From positions 212,722 through 276,721 of the forward strand of contig CAJINV010000023.1 of assembly GCA_905178155.1 (NCBI GenBank): a stretch of DNA of 64,000 nt, written 5' to 3'. A program made the position numbers and the translations under genes. Every line of letters starts with the position of its first letter. Positions within the stretch are counted from its first letter, which is position 1. Shown in pieces: positions 24,801 to 35,389 of this stretch. The notes beneath the pieces are model-generated. The model saw nothing but the letters and a program-made list of their open reading frames with translations. It searched no databases and was not told the origin of the DNA. This stretch comes from Amoebophrya sp. A120 (Eukaryota; Protista; Dinoflagellata).

Positions 24801-25013
24801 GGCCCAGACATTTTTGCTCTTCCCTGTGCTGTACCATGGTCTTGCTTCCAGACAAAACACCAGACATTTTTGCACTTGATACTTCCCGCAGACGCCCCCC
24901 TGCACCACAAGATCCAGGGCAAGGACTTTTTGAAGTACGGCTTTCCCGTGTTGCTGATCTTGACGGCGGTCAGCTCGGTGTACCAGTATGTGATTTTTTC
25001 AGTGGTGCAGTAA
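15880..25013 (+). CDS. OCA2/P-protein-like membrane transporter (ArsB/NhaD/CitMHS ion-transporter superfamily), 23 exons, about 1032 aa
   Basis: Manual splice. Exons with element plus downstream TSD removed: 15880-16295, 16553-16601, 16753-16990, 17302-17337, 17605-17889, 18185-18367, 18526-18570, 18838-19197, 19506-19573, 19760-19886, 20154-20225, 20378-20437, 20702-20766, 20929-20972, 21257-21424, 21700-21963, 22221-22278, 22592-22639, 22938-22986, 23182-23407, 24162-24233, 24521-24559, 24887-25013. Total 3099 nt, open frame, TAA stop. P-protein-like motifs: SEVVHR, IDFGTL(M/L)LLFSMM, LSAFLDNVT, VGGTSTLIGDPPNIVI, VEWDVLMFFASLFVL, YALSVGACIGGIGSIMGSSANLV, FLKYGFP. Exact junctions can slide within the TSDs. 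Confidence 0.88.
16296..16547. mobile_element. Introner family A (P-protein intron 1)
   Basis: TSD aagca. Confidence 0.9.
16602..16747. mobile_element. Introner family B, reverse orientation (intron 2)
   Basis: tatgaactgcaaaag...ttttgcacaggata; TSD gcacg. Confidence 0.9.
16991..17296. mobile_element. Introner with long TIR (intron 3)
   Basis: tatggatgtgtcaggatcgaaatcgacaaaatcgaaaaa / tttttcgattttgtcaatttcgattctgacacttccaca; TSD ttcct. Confidence 0.9.
17338..17599. mobile_element. Introner family A (intron 4)
   Basis: TSD tccca. Confidence 0.9.
17890..18179. mobile_element. Degenerate introner (intron 5)
   Basis: tatgctctgcaaaag / cttttgcgctgcata; TSD gcgac/ccggc; frame restored. Confidence 0.75.
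18368..18520. mobile_element. Introner family B (intron 6)
   Basis: TSD gcaat/gcagt. Confidence 0.85.
18571..18832. mobile_element. Introner family A (intron 7)
   Basis: TSD gagcc; inverse copy of 24560-24881; same orientation as 59819-60094. Confidence 0.9.
19198..19500. mobile_element. Introner family A-like (intron 8)
   Basis: TSD cctgc/cctga. Confidence 0.85.
19574..19754. mobile_element. Introner family B (intron 9)
   Basis: TSD tcagc/tcatc. Confidence 0.85.
19887..20148. mobile_element. Introner (intron 10)
   Basis: Perfect 14-bp TIR tatcctgtgtagaa / ttctacacaggata; TSD cactt/caagt. Confidence 0.85.
20226..20377 (+). other. Canonical GT-AG intron (P-protein intron 11)
   Basis: gtattc...ctgcag; joins TVG-GTSTLIGDPPN in frame; no TIR. 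Confidence 0.8.
20438..20696. mobile_element. Introner family A (intron 12)
   Basis: TSD gaaga/gaagg; inverse-orientation relative of 7747-8001. Confidence 0.9.
20767..20923. mobile_element. Introner family B, reverse orientation (intron 13)
   Basis: TSD ctagt. Confidence 0.9.
20973..21251. mobile_element. Introner family D (intron 14)
   Basis: TSD ggaga. Confidence 0.9.
21425..21694. mobile_element. Degenerate introner (intron 15)
   Basis: tatg...gata ends with residual gcgcaa..acccc / ggggt..ttgcgc IR; TSD ggcca/tgcca; frame restored. Confidence 0.65.
21964..22215. mobile_element. Introner family A (intron 16)
   Basis: TSD ctttc. Confidence 0.9.
22279..22586. mobile_element. Introner family C (intron 17)
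   Basis: TSD tgtgt. Confidence 0.9.
22640..22932. mobile_element. Introner family D (intron 18)
   Basis: tatcctgagtaaaaacgtacccac / gtgggtacgtttttactcaggata; TSD tggag. Confidence 0.92.
22987..23176. mobile_element. Introner family B-like (intron 19)
   Basis: TSD gtgtc/gcgtc. Confidence 0.85.
23408..24156. mobile_element. Introner containing a tandem array (intron 20)
   Basis: tatgcaatac..ttttccgtaca / tgtacgggaaatt..ggata; TSD gaggt/gtggt. Confidence 0.8.
23490..24069. repeat. 5 x 116-bp tandem repeat with internal hairpin
   Basis: Units start at 23490, 23606, 23722, 23838 and 23954. Consensus includes aattagccaagtcgc-gtttttt-gcgacttggctaatt. Confidence 0.95.
24234..24515. mobile_element. 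Degenerate introner (intron 21)
   Basis: tatgctgtgtggaaaac / gttttccgacagctcgtgcata; TSD agcgt/cttgc; restores GSSANLV. Confidence 0.75.
24560..24881. mobile_element. Introner family A (intron 22)
   Basis: TSD cttcc; partly duplicated right TIR. Confidence 0.9.
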
Positions 25014-26168
25014 CTCTAACTTACTACATTGAGAGCGAATTATAACTCCAAGGCCGGTGCTGCGAGAAAAGAACTTGAAGATCATGGTGCTGGTGTTGAG
25101 CAACTCCTTTGGCAATTCTTCTGCGCCACTCCTTTGGCAATCCTAATTTTGGAAACAAAAGGAAAGAAATGGTAACTGTAGACGTAGAAATATCAAAATC
25201 AAACTGAAAGAAAACAATTGGATTTGCTTAGCGGTACTCGGATGTGAAGTGGTAAACAAGCGCCAGCAAGCATCAGCGTCATGATCCATAGCAAGAAAGT
25301 AGCTCGGTCGTAGAATGTAACATTGTGATTGTCTTGAGCGTCGTGGTCCCTCTACACCGACACCTTCTTGGTATGAGTATTTCTGTTTCTCATTCCATTT
25401 GGAAAAATAGACTGAAGGTGAAGATGTTATCGGGGTCCGTTGACCAGAATCCAATATATCGGTTTCTGTTTTTTTTTCTTGGCTTTCAACGTCGGGCTCG
25501 GGAGCGCAATGGAATATGGAGACGGTCTTTTTCAGCGCTTTACCCCAGAAATGTCGGTTGTGGGTGGTCGAGTCAATTTGTCGTGTAGTTTTCGGGTTAA
25601 ATAGAGTGGAACTAAAACCGACCTTCCTTGCAGTTCCTGCAATTGTATCTCCAGGTAGGTGACGATGAAATTCCCAGCAGTCGTCGATATAAGTAGCCCA
25701 CCACTTTCCCTCATCAATATTCCTCCGTGCCATTTTCAACATTCCTTGTTGTTTAGAAGCTGCTCCGGGACGACCTTGTAGTACCCGTTTTTTTTTCTGT
25801 ACGACCAGCTGCACGTGTCCTGGTGCAACAACTCGGGGTTAGTAGCTCCGGGTAATACAAGTGAGTGTCTCATTTTGGCGCATTATCGAGGCTCAAAACG
25901 ACGCTCTTGAGCCCCGCTCCGCAGTCTAACAGAGTAGGTAGGGGGAATTTGATTGCTTCTACGTTTATCGTTTCTGCGAGCCAGCTGCACTGCATTCTGC
26001 TCACCAAAAATGAAGTCATCTGTTTCCCCGTCCAAGGCCCCCACCTCCGGGAGGAAAACAAGCCACCACCGCGCCCCCTCCTTGGAGTTGCAGCGTGCGG
26101 GCCTCACCGCTTTGACCTCCGGCGGTGCAGCCGATGTGCGACACTGCTCACCGCGGTTGCAGAGGGCA

Positions 26169-27597
26169 ATGGCGAATTTCCTTGTGCCGGCGCTGCTCAA
26201 CAAGAAGGGCAGTGACCCGGAAGACGACGTGAGATACCGAAATCAAAACAGAAGGCTGAGGACCGACAAGCACACGGAGTCGGCGCCGGTCTTTCTTCCA
26301 TCATCAGACGAAAATGGATCTTCATCCGCGACCTCGAGCTACACTGGCGGTGGGCGCGCCGGTGGGGCACTGCTAGATCGAGGAGCAGGAGCAGCGCCGG
26401 GTAAAAGCAATATGCGAAGCAGCGGCAGTCAGAACTACCGAATAGGAGGTGGGAGCAAACACCTCTACCCCGTGCCGGAAACCCCGAATATGAAGATACC
26501 GTCGCCAGTATCAACCGGAATTAAAGTGTTAAAACGTTGAGAACTCGGAATATGTGATGCGATAAAACATTCAAAACCAAAAGCAAAAGGATGAAGAATT
26601 ATAGTACACTGTCACTGATATTTGTATTGCTGAGCACCCATGATGAAAGGAAAAATCTGTCATGCGTGATCGTACTTACATAGTGAAAGCATCAAAACCG
26701 TGAACGTTAAAACACCTTTGCGAGTGATAGCTGGCAAAAAGGGTAGATCTGGACGCGCACCAGAAGTGGATGCAGTATGCGGAGCCACCATATCCTGTGC
26801 AAAAGTATCGTACTCGTATTGCAATCATGCATTACAAATTTTCTTGTTAAGTCAAATCCGCATTACAAATTTTGTTTCTCATGCTGAGACAATTTGTCAT
26901 GCATTTATACGAGTACGATACTATTGCAGTTCATACACCACGTATAAAACCAATATGTGAAGAGGAGGACAGAAGTTTGATGGTTTTCTTGTTGCAGCTG
27001 CATGACAAATCGCTGTTCTGTTGCTGTTTCCTTTGTGTTTGTTATTCTATCTATCGATAAAGTGATCTTATCACACTACAGAGGGCCACTTCCCCCACCC
27101 CACGAAAGCGAACGAGAAAGGCTTGCCGTTTTCTCCGACCAAAAACGCGAGGGACCACCTCAAGCACCCGAGTTCCCCCTACCGAGATCAGCCCCCACTA
27201 CCCGACCATTTCCTCAAGCCCTGCTCCAACACCTCCCCGATTCTCTACAACTGCTTTCACAAAAAGGACACCACAGACGTGTACGAGTGGCAACAGCGCG
27301 AGTTTAATTGGTTCGTCGAGGCGCAGCATAAGTTCAACCAGGAAGTCAAGCACTTGCTAAACCCCAACTCAAACTGCCGCGCACCGAAAAATATCCTGTG
27401 CAAAAGTATCGCACTCGTAGTAATCGCAAACATGCATTACAAAGCGTGCTCTTAAGGTAAACCCGCATTATTTGTCGTGCTGAGGAAATTTGTAATGCAT
27501 TTATACGAGTGCGAAACTTTTGCACTGCATAAAAAACTACATGCACGCGACCACGTACAGATTTTTGCTACTCCTGCATGATCGCGCTTTGCTTTAG
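26169..27597 (+). CDS. Hypothetical protein, about 255 aa, 3 introners plus 1 GT-AG intron
   Basis: Exons 26169-26508, 26735-26790, micro-exon at 26941, 27082-27391 and 27537-27597 give 768 nt of open frame. No recognisable domain. The 3' end is uncertain. Confidence 0.55.
26509..26729. mobile_element. Degenerate introner
   Basis: tatca..gtgttaaaacgtt / aacgttaaaacac..tgata; TSD gccag/gctgg. Confidence 0.7.
26791..26935. mobile_element. Introner family B
   Basis: TSD cacca. Confidence 0.9.
27392..27531. mobile_element. Introner family B
   Basis: TSD aaaaa. Confidence 0.85.
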
Positions 27598-27662
27598 CTT
27601 TTAATACGCATGACAGATGCAATTGAAAACCGTATAGAGACGGTTCTTACGGTAGCACTTTT

Positions 27663-29380
27663 CACGGCGCAACATCCTCGGCCTCTAAAGATATCCCCGT
27701 TGCATTCGGAACGCAAAGAAAGGCTTTCCACATGTTATCACCTCTCGGCACTCGCCTAGCGGAGGGTTGGCGGAGGGCAAGTTGCAGTCGATCAGATCCA
27801 GAATTAGCTGGGTGGAGTAGTAAAAGCGCAAAGTGCTTACTTTTTGACAGCAGATGTCGTTTATTCTTAAACTTCTTCTACCAGGGCGGTACTGCGATTC
27901 TGCATGTGCCGTCTACACCCTCCGCCACCCCTCCGCAGTTGCTCAGCATGTTCCTCATAGCGTGCTGAATTTTGAAAAAATGCAAAACCGACAAAAAAGC
28001 GAAAAACAAAAGGAAAAACCCATAAAAAGCTTTTCAGCATGCTATCACCTCTTGACAGTCGCGTAGCGGAGGGTGGGCGGAGGGCAAGTTGGAGTCAAAT
28101 AGACCCAGCATCAGCTGCGGATAACACTAAAAGTGCAAAGTGCTTACTTTTTGACAACAGATGCCATTTATTCTTAAACTTCTTCTACCAGGGCGGTACT
28201 GCGATTCTGCATGTGCCGTCTACACCCTCCGCTACCCCTCCGCAGTTGCTCAGCATGTTCCTCATAGCATGCTGAATTTTGAAAAAATGCAAAACCGACA
28301 AAAAAGCGAAAAACAAAAGCAAAAACCCATAAAAAGCTTTTCAGCATGGTATCACCTCTCGACACTCGCGTAGCGGAGGGTGGGCGGAGGGCAAGTTGCA
28401 GTCAAATAGACCCAGCATCAGCTGCGGATAAAACTAAAAGCGCGAAGTGCTTACTTTTTGACAGCAGATGCCATTTATTCTTAAACTTCTGCCAGCAGGA
28501 CGGCACTGCGATTCTGCGTGTGCCGTTTACACCCTCCGCTACCCCTCCGCAGTTGCTGGGCATGTTCCTCGTAGCATGCTGAATTTTGGAAAATTGCAAA
28601 ACCGACAAAAAAAACGAAAAACTAAAGTAAAAACACATAAAGAGCTTTTCAGCATGGTGTCACCTCTTGACACTCGCGTAGCGGAGGGTGGGCGGAGGGC
28701 AAGTTGCAGTCGAATAGACCCAGCATCAGCTGCGGATAGTACTAAAAGTGCAAAGTGCTTACTTTTTAACAGCAGATGTCTTTTACTCTCAAACTTCTGC
28801 TACCAGGACGGCACTGCGATTCTGCATGTGCCGTCTACACCCTCCGCTCCCCCTCCGCAGTTGCTGGTCATGTTCCTCATAGCGTGCTGAATTTGGAGAA
28901 CTTGCAAAACCGACAAAAAAGCGAAAAACAAAAGTAAAAACACAACAAGAGCTTTTCAGCATGGTGCCACTTCTTGACAATCGCCTAGCGGAGGGGTGGC
29001 GGAGGGCAAGTTGCAGTCGATTAGATCCAGAATTAGCTGCGGATAGTACTAAAACTTCAAAGTGCTTGCTTTTTGGCAGCAGATGCCATTCATCATTAAA
29101 CTTCTGCAACCAGGACGGCACTGCGATTCTGCATGTGCCGTCTACACCCTCCGCTACCCCTCCGCAGTTGTTGGGCATGTTTCTCATAGCATGCTAAAAT
29201 TTGAAAACTTGCGAAACCGACAAAAAAGCGAAGAACAAAAGTAAAAATACACAAAAAGCTTCACGGCATGGCAACACCTCTTGGCACTCGCCTAGCGGAG
29301 GAGGGGCGGAGGGCGAGTTGCAGTCGATTAGACCCAGAATTGATAGCTGCGGATAGTACTAAAAGTGCAAAGTGCTTACG
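27663..29380. repeat. About 307-bp satellite array 1 (about 5.4 units) with a unique head
   Basis: Unit markers recur near 27731, 28038, 28345, 28653, 28960 and 29267. Confidence 0.92.
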
Positions 29381-31936
29381 ATATGACAATTGAAATTGAA
29401 AGCCGTATTATAGATTGATAGAACATTTTGGATAACTACAAACCTCTTACGGTGCGTCATTTTGATTTTCACAACTACTTACAGGAAACCGCTGGGGCGA
29501 TTGTACTTCGACAAGCACCGCCCCGCGTTTTTATCGAAAAGAAAATTATCGGTTTTCGCGGAGTTTTGGTTTTCATCTTCATCGGCAAACAGTTGTACTA
29601 GTGTTCGCGACTCGACATGTTAGTGCCTTTCATCTTGCATAAATAGACAGGTATGAAATACTAGAAGCAACAAGAATAGCTTGTGTTGCATCCCACGCAT
29701 GACAAACGAAACAGCTGAAACCTCACTGTCCCACATTTCCATACTTGCAGCTGAGCCAAGAGCAGGTCGACAAAATGATGCCGCCGGGGTACTACAGAAA
29801 ACGAAACGGGTATGAGGTATGGAATAGAAAAACTTCAGAGCAAGCGGCTACTGATGAGGGCCACAGATGCTCTTCGGCTTGATAGAAGAAATGCAACTCT
29901 ATTTTTGGCGTCATATAGTTCCTGATCGCATGATGGTTGTAAGTAGTGTGATTTTCAGTAGTGCTCTCGATGTTTTGAATACCCGTTCTTGCATTTCAGC
30001 AATGATTTTGTCCTGACTTAGATCATGTGCAAATGTCATCCTTCGGACAGCACACCGACAAGCTTCAAGAGCGAAGGCATGTCATTTCCAACTGAGTTTT
30101 TCTTTTCATACCTGTTCTGGAGATGATGTCGATACAAGTCGAAGTCCATCACTTACAACAAAAAGGAAAAACGCAAACATAGCAATCATGTCCTCTATTC
30201 CGTCTCGGTATTTTTCACCAAATGTAAGCAAAAAGCCATAAATCTGCTATCACCTGCAACTTCACAAAAACGCAGCATCTTGCTCTCAAGCTGTCTGTAC
30301 CTGTAGTAATTTATCATCCTGCAACGAAAGCTAACTGCATTAGCATTTGTTTTGTCTCTAGTAGTTGTAAAATGTGTACACGTAAGTACTAAAAACGAAC
30401 ACTGTACAATATTCTGAACTGCTACAACGCATGTACAAGAGAATGAAAAACTTGGACGAGTCAGTATGAACAGTAAAAAATAAAAAGAACGCCTAGTGTA
30501 TAATATCAATCGCTCAAAAAAAATTCATCGTACAATCGGGCTCCAGCATCGCCACGTTTATCTCATGATCCGAATCCGTTGTTCCTCATCATGGTAGGTT
30601 GTCGATTGCAACGACAACAGCAACACAGGAGAGTATCGGGCTACCACCCGTCGTGGTTTGTTTTATTTGGCATTTAATCTGAAAGCCTGACCCTGAGCCT
30701 GATTGAATGATTGGAGGAAGCACCAGAAAGCTTCAGGGCGAAGGAGTTCCAGCATTTGTGAAGACACAAGTTGAGCGAGGCAAGAGCTCAACCTCGAAGC
30801 CGAGGCAATAGTTCTTATTTTAGAGGCTTGTAGCTGTTTGCGCCTCTATTTCCGCATGAAGATTGATGATCATAATTCGTGAGCATAGCGCTAGGCGATA
30901 TAAGTACTCGAAGACAAAAACAATGGCAGCCGGCTCCTCTGTGTTCCTGCCGGACGGACGGGCGGCCCTTTCCCGAGTTCTGCAAGAGGCAGAGCATCGG
31001 ACGATCACAATGCTCCACACACTCAGTGGACCCGGTTGCGCGGGTGCTGACGCTGAGCGACCAAACGGCCCGCGCCGACCTGCTGCGTGATCTCGAGGGC
31101 CCGGAGAGCCCATCTCCGCGGGCAGATACTAGCCCCCCGACTATCGAAGGGCGACGCGTCGGACCCCGGTGCCGAGTGGCCGCCCGCCGGCAGGTGATGC
31201 GCTGCCGTGCTTTTCCCGAGACGGAGAGCGCCGCCGCCTGCAACCCCGGCAAGTACGTGCGTACTGCCGTGGCCAAGCGGCTATAACAATGGTCACCGAC
31301 TTGGCCGCCCTGGTCTTGCTCCGTCCTCGCTCAGCGTGGGCGGTGAGGGTGTGGGCGCCTTCTCAAAGTTGAGGCCAAGCGAAGTGGGCGGCGAGAAGTC
31401 CGCGGCCGTTGCCCTTGGGCCGTGCGCAAACTCTACCAGCCCGCCCTCACTCTTGCGCGCGGTGCGATTGTCCGGCGCCTTGCGCGCCGTGCGTTGGCCC
31501 GCTGCTTTGGTTTTTCTCGCCCGCGCGAGCGGTTGGGGCGCCCGCCCGGCCTCTAGGCCGAGTCCGCGCTCTGAGTGAATCTGTGGCACCCTCACGATAA
31601 CGAAAGGAGAGAAGTGCTAGAATGCCACTCTGGTAGCTTCTTCCTTCGAATGCGGGCACATTGGTTAGACAAATGGACGCCATGTTCCTCTTGCTAGTTG
31701 AGGCCTGTTTCAATTTCAAAGCCAGAGGGGCTGACCTGAGTGATTGGTGGCACCGTGAAGAGTCAGCGAAAACGAATTCCGGATGAGAGTTATTCAAAAT
31801 TTGCGGACACCCGGGCAGTGCGGTGGAGCTTGGTTTGTTTGAAGTAGGCAATAATAAAACCAGACTAACTTTTCTGCCTAGGTCACGACAAGGCCCCGGG
31901 CTTTTGGCAAAGGTGCGCTATGCAAACTTTGACATT

Positions 31937-34090
31937 CACGGCGCAGTATCTTCGCCCTCTAAAGATAGATACACTGCATTCGGAACGCATAGAAAGGGTT
32001 TCCGCATAGTGTCACCTCTTGACACTCGCCTAGGTAGCGGAGGGGAGGCGGAGGGCAAGTTGCAGTCGATTAGACCCAGAATTAGCTGCGGACAGTACTA
32101 AAAGTCCAAAGCGCTTACTTTTTGACAGCAGTCGCCACATATTATCAAACTTCTGCTACCAGGGCGGCACTGCGATTCTGCATGTGCCGTCTGCGCCCTC
32201 CGCTGCCCCTCCGCAGTTGCTGCGAATTGTTCCTCATAACATGCTGAATTTTGAAAACTTGCAAAACCGACAAAAAAAACGAAAAACAAAAGTAAAATCC
32301 CATAAAAAGCCTTTCAGCATGGTATCACTTCTTGACACTCGCCTAGCGGAGGGGTGGCGGAGGGCAAGTTGCAGTCGATTATATCCAGAATTAGCTGCGG
32401 ATAGTACTAAATCTTCAAAGTGCTTGCTTTTTGGCAGCAGATGCCATTTATTATGAAACTTCTGCTACCAGGACGGCACTGCGAGTCTGCATGTGCCGTC
32501 TACACCCTCCGCTACCCCTCCGTAGTTGCTGGGCATGTTCCTCATAGCATTTTGAATTTTGAAAACTAGCAAAGCCGACAAAAAAAGCAAAAAACAAAAG
32601 CAAAGACGCACCAAAACCTTTTCAGCATGGTGTCACTTCTTGACACTCGCCTAGCGGAGGGGTGGCGGAGGGCAAATTGCAGTCGATTAGATCCAGAATC
32701 AGCTGCGGACAGTACTAAAGCTTCAAAGTGTTTGCTTTTTGGCAGCAGATGCCAATCATTATTCAACTTTTTCTACCAGGACGGCACTGCGATTCTGCAT
32801 GTGCTGGCTACACCCTCCGCTACGCCTCCGTAGTTGTGTGGCATGTTTCTCATAGCATGCTGAATTTTGAAAAATTGCAAAACCGAAAAAAAACGAAAAA
32901 CAAAAACAAAAACATACAAAAAACTTTTTAGCATGGTATTACCTCTTGACACTCGCGTGGCGGAGGGTGGGCGGAGGGCAAGTTGCAGTCGAATAGACCC
33001 AGCATCAGCAGCGGATACTACTAAAAGTGCAAATTGCTTACTTTTTGACAGCAGATGGAGTTTATTGTTAAACTTCTGCTACCAGGACGGCATTGCGATT
33101 CTGCATGTGCCGTCTACACCCTCCGCTACCCCTCCGGAGTTGTTGTGCATGTTTCTCATAGCATGCGGAATTTTGAAAAATCGCAAAACCAACAAAAAAA
33201 ACGAAAAACAAAAGTAAAAACCCACAAAAAGCTTTTCAGCATGGTGTCACCTCTGGACACTCGCGTAGCGGAGGGTGGGCGGAGGGCAAGTTGCAGTCGA
33301 ATAGACCCAGCATTAGCTGCGGATAGTACTAAAAATGCAAAGTGCTTACTTTTTGACAGCAGACGCCATTTATTCTTAAACTTCTGCTAGCAGGACGGCA
33401 CTGCGATTCTGCATGTGCCGTCTACACCCTCCGCTACCCCTCCGCACTTACTGGGCATGTTCCTCATAGCATGCTGAATTTTGAAAACTACCAAAACTGA
33501 CAAAAAAAACGAAAAACAAAAGCAGAGACGCATCAAAAGCTTTTCAGCATGGTGCCACTTCTTGACAATCGCCTAGCGGAGGGGTGGCGGAGGGCAAGTT
33601 GCAGTCGATTAGATCCAGCATCAGCTGCGGATAGTACTAAAAGTGCAAAGTGCTTACTTTTTGACAGCAGATGCCATTTATTCTTAAACTTCTGCTACCA
33701 GGACGGCACGGCGATTCTGCGCGTGCCGTTTACGCCCTCCGCTACCCCTCCGCGGTTGCTGGGCATGTTTATCATAGCATGCAGAATTTTGAAAAAATGC
33801 AAGACCGAGAAAAAAAGCGAAAAACAAAAGCAAAAACCCATAAAAAGCTTTTCAGCATGCTGTCACCTCTTCGCTGTCGCCTAGCGGAGGGTGGGCGGAG
33901 GGCAAGACGCAGTCGATTGAGTTCAAAATTAGCTGGGGAAAGTAGGTAAAATTGCAAAGTGCTGACTTTTTGATAACAGATGGCGATTGTTGTTAAATTT
34001 CTGCTACCAGGACGGCACTGCGATTCTGGATATGCCGTCCACACCCTCCGCAACTCCGCCGCAGTTGTTGGGCATTTGCCACATGGCAGC
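31937..34090. repeat. About 307-bp satellite array 2 (about 7 units), same family and head as array 1
   Basis: Unit markers near 32006, 32318, 32626, 32932, 33240, 33548 and 33856. Confidence 0.92.
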
Positions 34091-35389
34091 ACTGATTATA
34101 TGCAATTTGCAAAAACTAAAAAAAAATTCAATCACGCATATACAAAATTCTTGTATTGCATTGAATCACGTGGTTGGTTTCGCGCAACGCGGAGCTGGCG
34201 AAGTAGTATTAGTTGATGAAGAAAAATTTTTGAAATTGCTCTGGAGGTGGATTCTGCCATACCTATCACTTGTAAGTAGAACTAAAAGCGGAAACTGCAT
34301 AACAGTGATTAGTATGTTTCTGATGCGTGTTTTCATCGATTGCGACTTCGAAACGAATCTGCGTATTATCGTGTAGCCGATCATTCTCGATTGTTTAGCA
34401 AACTTATCGAAATCTTTGTGACCCTGAGGTTGCGAATGAGAATGACAGCTGAAGACGAAAGAGGAAAACAAAAGCAACTCGACCGTAAAAAGGATCTCGC
34501 AGATTAGAACCAAGGGACCTCGTTCGAATCGATTTGCAAGTCCCTATTGGACGGAGATGGAGCTCGACGTATGAAAGCGTTGACGTTGTATTTTAGTATC
34601 GCGCTCGTCACTGAAGCAATGTTTATCTTGCTGAAGATCTAAATCCATATTGATACATAGATAAAATTGCGCACTCACGAAATAAAAGTGAAAAGAAAAC
34701 GTGTGGCGAAGTGTGTTCTTTTCCGTCATTATTTGTTGTTTTTACCACGACTGGGACCAGGAAGCGATGACGCAGCATAGACTTTGAGTACCGGCGATTC
34801 GTCGGATGTTTCAATTCCTCGTGTTGCGTTTGGTCGCCTAAAGATAAACTGAGTAAATTTTGACTATGATGGCCATGGCAATGCAAGCCATCGGTGACCG
34901 TCTCCGTCTCCTTTGTGGTGCATTGTCGTTCTACAGCCAGCTGTGGAGGTCTTTGAGCAACTACGTCATTACCGTCACCGACTCGATGGACGCCTGGCTC
35001 CGGACCCTACTCATCTGGTTAGCAGCTGTTCTCAGAACCGCTCTCGGGCATGGATCAAACCCCTCCTGGAAAGCAGTTCTGACATTGTTGCAACTGGCAT
35101 TTTACGTTCTTGCAAAACTCCGATCATGTCATTATCAAGACGTTGAACGAACATGCATTCCAAAAAAAGCTGTTTCACAACTAATCATGCTGGAGTGAAA
35201 TAATGATACGCATTTATTTGATTCTGCTTGTATCTAGTAGATTCTTTTGTTTCTGAAAAATCGGAATATCACACCCGCATGAAAGTTGCAGAAGCAGTAT
35301 CATTTTCCTTGTTACTGTTTTCTGTTCTTGATCTTGGAGGAAAAGTAAACGCACTACCGTTGAGTAGAAAAGCTGCCACCATTTGGTAA

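Noticed and set aside
25143-25814. 223-aa minus-strand ORF as a gene
   Set aside because: Non-ATG start, no recognisable motif and no introner-based support.
30815-31600. GC-rich block with overlapping ORFs as a gene or element
   Set aside because: I could not identify TIRs, a TSD or a protein motif; the ORFs are expected from GC content. The same applies to 62040-62950.
27732-34092. Repeated 60-140 aa ORFs in the satellites as a tandem gene family
   Set aside because: Frames are interrupted variably by stops and A-tract indels, and there are no protein features.
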